From an uncultured Verrucomicrobiae bacterium (GTDB lineage: Bacteria > Verrucomicrobiota > Verrucomicrobiia > Chthoniobacterales > JAATET01), in NCBI GenBank assembly GCA_963719495.1, contig CAVRCI010000003.1, forward strand, positions 96,001 through 160,000: 64,000 bases of DNA. Direction: 5' to 3'. Positions 57,626-64,000 of this stretch are shown piece by piece. Below the pieces are notes generated by a model that worked only from the letters and a program-made list of their open reading frames with translations, searched no databases and was not told the DNA's origin. Made by a program: the position numbers and the translations under genes. Each line of letters begins with the position of its first letter. Positions within the stretch are counted from its first letter, which is position 1.

Positions 57626-60600
57626 TTGAATCGAATCAAGTATTTCACCTGCCCCCGGAAATCCCCCTGCACGTCCACGCCGCCGAAGAGGGAAAAATTC
57701 TTCGAAAGCGGGAACCGCACCGTCGCCGACTGCCGCCCGGTCTTCGGATCGATCTCACCGAACGCAAAGTCGATGTCGTTGAGCACCGTCTTCTTCCGCT
57801 CGCTTGGGTCCTTCGGCGGGAAAAGCGAGCGCGAGATTTTTTGAAACAACAGCACCGCCGCCCGCCCCGCCAGCACGCTCGGATTCCCGGCGATGTCCTG
57901 CGAAGTCACCCCCGTCGCGATCAACGACACGATGTCGGTCTGCGGGAGCGGCGGCTGACTTGAAAATCGCACCTGCGGGTCCAACATGTTGCCGTAAATG
58001 TAGGCCGACACGTCGTAGTCGCGAATCTCCGACGTCCCCCGGATGTCGAAATTCGCCACGAAGGGACTGTCTTTCTGAAAGAAGATGACTCCATTGCGGA
58101 TCGTCAATTCGCTGAACGGCAGCGTCGTCGTCAGCTGTTCGATCCGCACGTTCCCGGCCATCGTCGGCTGGGCACCCGTCCCGGTGATGTTCAGATCGAG
58201 CACGATCCGACCGTTCGCCAGATTCCCCTGCACCAGGAACGGATCCGACGTTTTCACGTCGATGTCGAACGTCCAATTACTCAGCGGCGGCGCCGTGATC
58301 CCCTGCACGGTCGGAGCCGGCGGCGGCTGCGGTGCGGGCCGCCCCGGCAGCCCGATCGGCAGGATGTCGATGTCCTTGTAAAACCGACTCTTGGTCACGT
58401 AAACCTCGCCGCCCACGTTCGCCGAGTCCAACGGCCCCGTCAGCTCGATCCGACTGCTGATTCGTAAAGTGATCGCTTCGTCCTGCATCACCAACGCGTC
58501 CCGCGTGCCGAATGCCAGATCGAATACCGGCTTCTCCACACCGCCAAAGGTGATGCTCCCCTCCGCGCCAAAAACTCCGCCGCCAATGTCCCCCCGGAAC
58601 GCGGGAATCGTCAGGCGCTCGGTGTTCGATTTGATCCGCACCACGACTCCGGTGATCGGCGGAAACCCGTCCACCGAAAGCCGGATCGCCGGCACGTCCG
58701 CCACGACGCTTCCCTGGATCGCCGGCTTTTCGACGGTCCCACTCACCGCCAAGTCGACCGCCGCCGTGCCTGCGATGAACCGAACCACCGGCACCAGCGA
58801 CGACACGAAGCCGAGCGAGGACTTCGGCATCCGCACCTTCAGATCAATCGGCGTCGAGGTCGGAAACTCGCGATCCCGGCGGATCGCAACCACGTCCACC
58901 GGCACCGATCCGTTCACCGTGATCGGCTGCACCAGCGGTTGCGTGATCTTTCCGTCCACCGTTGCCCGGTCGTTCGCGAGCAACACGTCGAGCGACACGT
59001 CCGCCGGCTTCACGTCGGCGGTCGTGGACTGCAAGCCGTTCGCCCGCACCGCGACGGCGGCTTTCAATTCCGCCAAGGTGCCACTCGCCCCGATTTTGAC
59101 GCTCGCCGTCCCCGTCACCGGCGGAGCCTCACCACCGGGCAACGCCGCGAAAATTTCGCCGAGCTCGAGAGTCCCCGTGTCGAGATCGACCGCGATCGGC
59201 TCGTCGTTCGGGATCATCATTTCCAGATCATCCGGGTGATCCGCGTGCAGCGGGACCGACAGCGAACCCGCGAGCACTTTCAGCTCCCCGAGCCGCGCGA
59301 GTAGATCCGTCACGCTCAGACGATTCTCCGCCAGCCGCAGAGCGAGGCTCACGTCGCCCTCCTCCGCCGACGCCTTGATCACCGGGACATCGACCGACGT
59401 CGGCCAGTCGTAATTTGCCGCCACCGTCGCCGCGAGCTGATCCCGCTCGCCGAACCGCGCGTCCTCCAGCGCGAGGTCCGCCTTGCCGGTGTGCGTGTTC
59501 GCTTTGACGTCCCCCTCGCCCGACCAGGTCAAATTCAACGCCCCCCCCAGCGGCTCCGGCGCCACCGGATCGAACACCGCCAGATTCCCGAGTGCGACAT
59601 CGACCGTCCCGGAGTAGGCGAAGGGCTCCGCCAATTGCACCGTGCCGTCCAGCGTCACCCGATTCACGTCGTCGAGCACGACCGCGAGTTTCGACAGGTT
59701 CGCCTGGTTGTCCCGGATCGTCAGACCGCCCTCGATGGTCGGAATCCCCAGCCCAGCGGCCTTCACGTCGCTCCCGTCGATGTCGAAGTCCCCGTCGATC
59801 TCGCCATCGGTCGACGTCACCTTCCCTTCGATTTTGAGCGCCCCTCTCAGATCGGCGGCGGCCCCCTCGGCCACGAAAGCTTCCAGCTCCGGCGCATCAA
59901 TCAGCACGTCCGCCGCGAGCGGCTGTTTCACGAACGACTTCATGTCGGCCGGCAGCTCGTAATTCGCTGAGATCCGCACGACGTTCGCCCCTTTGGCCAG
60001 CGAGACTTCGTCCACCGAGACCTTGGCGCCATCGACCGCCGCGGCGACCTTCACCTTCTCGATCTCGAACTCACCGGCCGTGACCGTCGCCACGCCCACC
60101 GCGAGTTTGGCCGCCAGATCCTCGAACACCGGAGCGCCCTCTTCCGTCGCCAGGTTCTTCTCGACGTTGGCCGTGACCTTCAAGCCGCTCAACACGTTCT
60201 CTTTGATGGTCAGCCGCTCGCTCCCGGCTTCCAAGTCCACGAACGCAACCTGATTCTCGATGCGAAAATCCACCCGCGCCTTCGCCTCGCCCTCGACGTC
60301 CGGAGCCACCGCGCCGACCTTCGCCAGATCGGCCCGCAGCCAACCCTTCGCGTCGATTTTGGAAAATTCTTCAAGCGTCTCCGGCAGATCCGCCCCCGCC
60401 CGCAGCTCGACCCGGTTCGCATCGCCGAGCTCGTCCACGACCACCACGTCCGCCCGCCCATCCTTGATCGTGACGTCCGCGCCGAGCGCCCCGATTTCTT
60501 GTCCGGAAGCCACCAGCCCCTCGCTCCGCAAACGAATCTCGCCATCCCACCCCCGCGGCTCCGTCGGCAAACCCGCGAACCGCAGCGACAATTCGTTCAG

Positions 60601-61494
60601 GGTCCCCCCAAAAGGCACGTCCTGATTCAAATACTCCCAGATTTTCCCGAAGACCAAACCGCTCACCTCTGCCTCGAGCTTCAAATCGTTCGAGGCGTTG
60701 AGATCCTTCACCGTCAACGCCAACGACAGCTCGGACCCGAAAACCTGCCCCTCGACTGCAAGACCCAACACGGCTTCGCCCAATTCCGACGCGTCCAGAT
60801 TCAACCGCTCGATCTGGATCTCCGGACTCACCGACAAATCCACGAGCAACAAATTGCGATCCCGGAACGTCGTCGTCGCGCCAATCGAATCCCACGTCCG
60901 CACCCCCGGGACGTCGAGCTTCTCGACGACCAATTTCCCGTCCTTCTCCGGATAGAGCGTGAACGTCAGCCCCTTCAGCTCGAACCCACCGTATTCCCCC
61001 ACCGTCTGGAAATTCACGTTCTCGATCACCAACCGTTCGGGGAACAACCCCGGGAACTTGAACGCCTGGCGCTCTTTTTCCTCCTTCTCTTTGGGCAACG
61101 GCTCACCCGGCTCGATCACCACGTAGACGTCGTGGGCCTCGACCGTCTTCAGCAGAGCCGGCAGGCCCTCGCGAATCGCCCCCCATAAGCTGTATTCGAG
61201 CAGAATCTCCCCGACCTCCAGCCGCTCGATCGGACCCGGCTCGGTCGGCTCACCCACGAGGTCCGTCACCCGCAGCCGCGAAAACGGCGATCCCTCGATT
61301 TTGTAATCGAGGTCGAGGTTCTGTTGCTTCGCAGCCCGAACCACGAAATAACGCGTTCCCTCGAAAATGATCGTCTTGTGGAAAATCGCCACCAGCACGA
61401 TCGACCCCAGCAGCACCAACCCAATCCGCTTCAACCACTTCCGCCACCGCCGCTTCCTCGTGGGCTTCGGCTTGGCGTCGGGATCTTCGGGCAT
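57622..61494 (-). CDS. TamB/AsmA-like translocation and assembly protein
   Basis: N-terminal TM, long beta-rich body, C-terminal FSSQPPLPQTDIVSLIATG; ATGA overlap with Omp85. Confidence 0.85.
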   Translation of the reverse strand: MPEDPDAKPKPTRKRRWRKWLKRIGLVLLGSIVLVAIFHKTIIFEGTRYFVVRAAKQQNLDLDYKIEGSPFSRLRVTDLVGEPTEPGPIERLEVGEILLEYSLWGAIREGLPALLKTVEAHDVYVVIEPGEPLPKEKEEKERQAFKFPGLFPERLVIENVNFQTVGEYGGFELKGLTFTLYPEKDGKLVVEKLDVPGVRTWDSIGATTTFRDRNLLLVDLSVSPEIQIERLNLDASELGEAVLGLAVEGQVFGSELSLALTVKDLNASNDLKLEAEVSGLVFGKIWEYLNQDVPFGGTLNELSLRFAGLPTEPRGWDGEIRLRSEGLVASGQEIGALGADVTIKDGRADVVVVDELGDANRVELRAGADLPETLEEFSKIDAKGWLRADLAKVGAVAPDVEGEAKARVDFRIENQVAFVDLEAGSERLTIKENVLSGLKVTANVEKNLATEEGAPVFEDLAAKLAVGVATVTAGEFEIEKVKVAAAVDGAKVSVDEVSLAKGANVVRISANYELPADMKSFVKQPLAADVLIDAPELEAFVAEGAAADLRGALKIEGKVTSTDGEIDGDFDIDGSDVKAAGLGIPTIEGGLTIRDNQANLSKLAVVLDDVNRVTLDGTVQLAEPFAYSGTVDVALGNLAVFDPVAPEPLGGALNLTWSGEGDVKANTHTGKADLALEDARFGERDQLAATVAANYDWPTSVDVPVIKASAEEGDVSLALRLAENRLSVTDLLARLGELKVLAGSLSVPLHADHPDDLEMMIPNDEPIAVDLDTGTLELGEIFAALPGGEAPPVTGTASVKIGASGTLAELKAAVAVRANGLQSTTADVKPADVSLDVLLANDRATVDGKITQPLVQPITVNGSVPVDVVAIRRDREFPTSTPIDLKVRMPKSSLGFVSSLVPVVRFIAGTAAVDLAVSGTVEKPAIQGSVVADVPAIRLSVDGFPPITGVVVRIKSNTERLTIPAFRGDIGGGVFGAEGSITFGGVEKPVFDLAFGTRDALVMQDEAITLRISSRIELTGPLDSANVGGEVYVTKSRFYKDIDILPIGLPGRPAPQPPPAPTVQGITAPPLSNWTFDIDVKTSDPFLVQGNLANGRIVLDLNITGTGAQPTMAGNVRIEQLTTTLPFSELTIRNGVIFFQKDSPFVANFDIRGTSEIRDYDVSAYIYGNMLDPQVRFSSQPPLPQTDIVSLIATGVTSQDIAGNPSVLAGRAAVLLFQKISRSLFPPKDPSERKKTVLNDIDFAFGEIDPKTGRQSATVRFPLSKNFSLFGGVDVQGDFRGQVKYLIRFK

Positions 61495-61548
61495 CTGGCC
61501 CGAAGCGAACGCCGTTTGCAACGAACAATCAACAACTCTTTTGATGAA

Positions 61549-61596
61549 GGGGAGCGCGGGCATCCTGCCCGTCGCACCGGGCTTCCAGCCCGGTGC
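61549..61596 (+). repeat. Two-hairpin REP-like element
   Basis: GGGGAGC-GCGGGC ATCCT GCCCGT-C-GCACCGGGC TTCCA GCCCGGTGC. Confidence 0.75.
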
Positions 61597-61676
61597 TCGA
61601 CCCGAACCGGCGAAGCCGCACTTCCACCCCACCGAACGTTGCCAACCCCCGAGAATCTGCGACACTCCGTCCCCCA

Positions 61677-62219
61677 ATGTCCACCGAGCTGCCGCCCCGA
61701 CCCGCCACCGCTCCCGCCGACGGACCGTTCGCCTACGCGCTCGTCGTCAGCCAATACAACTCCGAGTTCACGAGCGCCCTCGCGACCAACGCGACCAACG
61801 AGCTTCGCACCATCGATCGCGAGGCCACCGTCGAGCAATTCGCAGTCCCCGGCGCCTTCGAAATCCCGCTCGCCGTCGATCTCCTCGCGGCCAAAGGTCG
61901 CTACGCCGCCATCATCGCCCTCGGAGTCATCATCCGCGGCGCGACCGACCACGCCGACCTCATTGCCGCCAGCATCACGAACGCCCTCCAGACCACCGCC
62001 ATCACCCACCGCACCCCCGTCATCCACGAAGTCCTCCTCGTCGCCGACGCCAATCAGGCCCGCGCCCGCTGCCTCGCCCCCGACCTCAACCGCGGCCTCG
62101 AAGCCGCCCGCGCCGCCGTCCAGGCCGCCCGCACCCTCCGCGCCATCCAATCCAGCGAACCCCCGACCGCATCCACATTCCCACCAATCACCAATCACCA
62201 GTCACCAATCACCAGCTAA
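61677..62219 (+). CDS. ribH: 6,7-dimethyl-8-ribityllumazine synthase
   Basis: VPGAFEIP, IALGVIIRGATDH, RGLEAA; upstream of nusB. Confidence 0.95.
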   Translation: MSTELPPRPATAPADGPFAYALVVSQYNSEFTSALATNATNELRTIDREATVEQFAVPGAFEIPLAVDLLAAKGRYAAIIALGVIIRGATDHADLIAASITNALQTTAITHRTPVIHEVLLVADANQARARCLAPDLNRGLEAARAAVQAARTLRAIQSSEPPTASTFPPITNHQSPITS

Positions 62220-62222
62220 AAA

Positions 62223-62678
62223 ATGGGAGTCCGCAGAGAAGGCCGAGAGGCCGCCGTCCAATACCTATACCAGCACGACCTGAATCCGACCTCGGAGCTC
62301 ACGGACGTCGCCATCTTCTACAAAATGCGGGGCCTCAGCCCGGCCGCCCGCCGTTTCAGCGACGAGCTCATCCCCGGCATCCTCGCCGCGAAGGAAGAAA
62401 TCGACGCCCTGCTCGTCGCCAACATCGACAACTACGAGCTCAAGCGCCTGGCGGCCATCGACCGCAACGTCCTCCGCCTCTCCGTTTACGAGATGCTCCA
62501 CTGCCCACAGGTCCCGGCCGTCGTCTCGATCAACGAAGCCATCGACATCGCCAGAAAGTATTCCACCGACGAAAGCGGCAAATTCGTCAACGGAGTCCTC
62601 GACAAAATCCGAAAAGACCTCCCAAGAACCGACAAGCCGTTGACAACCCCACCCGACCCGGCCACTCCGGCCACCTGA
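62223..62678 (+). CDS. nusB: Transcription antitermination factor NusB
   Basis: RREGREAAVQYLY, IDRNVLRL, INEAIDIARKY, FVNGVLD. Confidence 0.97.
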   Translation: MGVRREGREAAVQYLYQHDLNPTSELTDVAIFYKMRGLSPAARRFSDELIPGILAAKEEIDALLVANIDNYELKRLAAIDRNVLRLSVYEMLHCPQVPAVVSINEAIDIARKYSTDESGKFVNGVLDKIRKDLPRTDKPLTTPPDPATPAT

Positions 62679-62888
62679 CCACCAGCCCAAAGGGCTCTAA
62701 AACCTGTCATGCTGAGCGGAGCGAAGCATCTCTGGCTTACACTCCTCACCTCACCCACCAGTCACCAATGACTCGCTCGCTCCCGCTCGTCTCGCCCTTC
62801 GGGCTGCATCGCAGAGCCGATGCAGTCTGCCCCGCGGCTTCCCAGCCGCCGGTGCTCACCAATTCTTAAACAACCGCGACCCGCCAAA

Positions 62889-63740
62889 ATGGCCTTCAAT
62901 TTCCTAAAGACTTTCGTCACGAACCTCACCGGCGGCAAACCAATCGACTGGGACGACTTGGAAGAGACCCTCATCCGCGCCGACCTCGGCGTCCCGATGG
63001 CCCTCCGCATCATGGAGAACCTCCAGGCCCGCGGCACCGACGTCACCGCCCGAGACGTCGCCGACGTCACCCGCTCCGAGATTTCCCAGGTCCTCGCCAT
63101 CAACGCCCCGCCACTCCGCCCCCTCCCCGCCAAGCCCAAGGCCATCATGATGGTCGGCGTCAACGGCACCGGAAAAACCACCTCCTCCGCCAAGCTCGCC
63201 CACGCCCTCAAGACCGACCGTCACAGCGTTCTCCTCGTCGCCGCCGACACCTTCCGCGCCGCCGCCATCGAGCAACTCACCCACTGGGGCGAACGCACCG
63301 GAGTCGAAGTGATGAAAGGCCAGTATCAGGGCGACTCCGCCGCCCTCTGCTACGACGCCTACGCCAGCGCCCACCGCCGCAACGTCGAGTTCCTCATCTG
63401 CGACACCGCCGGCCGCCTCCACACCAAAAGCAACCTCATGCAGGAGCTCGAAAAGGTCATCCGCACCCTGGCGAAGCACGACCCCGACTCTCCACACGAA
63501 AAGCTCCTCGTCGTCGACGCCACCACCGGCTCGAACGCCCTCGAGCAGGCCCGCCAATTCCACGCCGCCATCGGCCTCACCGGAATCGTCGTCACCAAAC
63601 TCGACGGCAGCGGCAAAGGCGGCATCATCGTCGCCATCCAGAACGAACTCGGGATCCCGCCAAGGTTCATCGGCACCGGCGAGCAACTCGACGACTTCGC
63701 CCCCTTCGACCGCGAAGACTTCGTAAACCGGATCCTTTAG
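62889..63740 (+). CDS. ftsY: Signal recognition particle receptor FtsY
   Basis: GVNGTGKTT, DTFRAAA, DTAGR, TKLDGSGKGG. Confidence 0.97.
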   Translation: MAFNFLKTFVTNLTGGKPIDWDDLEETLIRADLGVPMALRIMENLQARGTDVTARDVADVTRSEISQVLAINAPPLRPLPAKPKAIMMVGVNGTGKTTSSAKLAHALKTDRHSVLLVAADTFRAAAIEQLTHWGERTGVEVMKGQYQGDSAALCYDAYASAHRRNVEFLICDTAGRLHTKSNLMQELEKVIRTLAKHDPDSPHEKLLVVDATTGSNALEQARQFHAAIGLTGIVVTKLDGSGKGGIIVAIQNELGIPPRFIGTGEQLDDFAPFDREDFVNRIL

Positions 63741-63782
63741 CGGGTTTGGCGTCCTTGGCGCGAAAAAATTTATTCCTCCCGG

Positions 63783-63823
63783 AAAAGGTGCAGGCCGCCG
63801 CAACGAGTGTTGCGACGGCCTGC
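63783..63823 (-). terminator. Rho-independent terminator on the minus strand
   Basis: GCAGGCCGTCGCAAC-ACTC-GTTGCGGCGGCCTGC followed by ACCTTTT. Confidence 0.75.
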
Positions 63824-63840
63824 TGTTCCCCCCAGAACAT
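63783..63840 (-). ncRNA. Candidate ~58-nt sigma54-dependent small RNA
   Basis: Bounded by a -24/-12 promoter motif and a terminator; 5' hairpin UGUUC-UGGGGG-GAACA. Confidence 0.4.
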
Positions 63841-63850
63841 CTTCATTTTA

Positions 63851-63867
63851 AGCAGGGGGCGTGCCAA
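63851..63867 (-). promoter_or_regulatory. Sigma54 (-24/-12) promoter motif
   Basis: TTGGCACGCCCCCTGCT with correct GG-N10-GC spacing. Confidence 0.6.
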
Positions 63868-63886
63868 CCTTTGAAATCTAACGCGA

Positions 63887-64000
63887 CTACTTCTTCGAAC
63901 GCCGGGTCACGAGCACCGAGAAAGTCACCGTGTCCGTGCCGTCTCTCAGCGTCTGCCGGATCTGCAACGAGCTTCCACGCAGGCGCAGATTTCCGTTCAC
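63887..64000 (-). CDS. 3' end of an unknown protein entering from beyond the window
   Basis: Open frame VNGNLRLRGSSLQIRQTLRDGTDTVTFSVLVTRRSKK* ending at TAG 63889-63887. Confidence 0.5.
   Translation of the reverse strand: MNGNLRLRGSSLQIRQTLRDGTDTVTFSVLVTRRSKK

Noticed and set aside
188..63867. Numerous long alternative-frame and antisense ORFs (e.g. 5632-7839, 12963-15134, 27615-29489, 30189-32144, 61367-62869)
   Set aside because: Arg/Pro/Ser- or Gly/Val/Glu-rich shadows of real genes in high-GC DNA, with no recognisable motifs
1..64000. tRNA, rRNA, riboswitch or T-box (e.g. upstream of trpS or ribH)
   Set aside because: None recognised by eye; those leaders are occupied by repeat elements. 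An Infernal/tRNAscan run would be needed to exclude them formally

Overview
High-GC bacterial chromosomal segment. Gene content and style (PEP-CTERM protein, ExbD cassette, two-domain NDK, PGN-type EF-P) suggest Verrucomicrobiota, possibly Chthoniobacterales; this is inference. The right half is mostly housekeeping and envelope genes: trpS, hpt, MoaD-like, ycgQ/R-like pair, ECF sigma/anti-sigma, kdsD, efp, ndk, aminotransferase, GH5, DraG-like, TamB/Omp85, ribH-nusB-ftsY. The left half is more plastic. It holds (i) an intact ISAs1-family IS with a 10-bp target duplication, inserted in an in-frame oxidoreductase/RND-adaptor chimera; (ii) a ~8 kb accessory block bracketed by hisJ and a decayed hisJ copy, encoding a ~1800-aa secreted protein with 12 Ig-like repeats and a divergent HTH-GNAT-like protein; (iii) a degenerate ISNCY-type IS that cuts a REP-like palindrome. 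Most interesting leads: a very basic ~93-aa C-terminal domain shared by two unrelated secreted proteins (candidate sorting/anchoring signal); a candidate sigma-54-driven ~58-nt small RNA after ftsY; a TrpRS with both catalytic signatures altered (HLGR and KMSAS); a two-hairpin REP-like family with compensatory changes; and many heptamer-repeat intergenic elements. Several single-base frameshifts in homopolymers look like sequencing errors. No tRNA, rRNA or CRISPR array was recognised.
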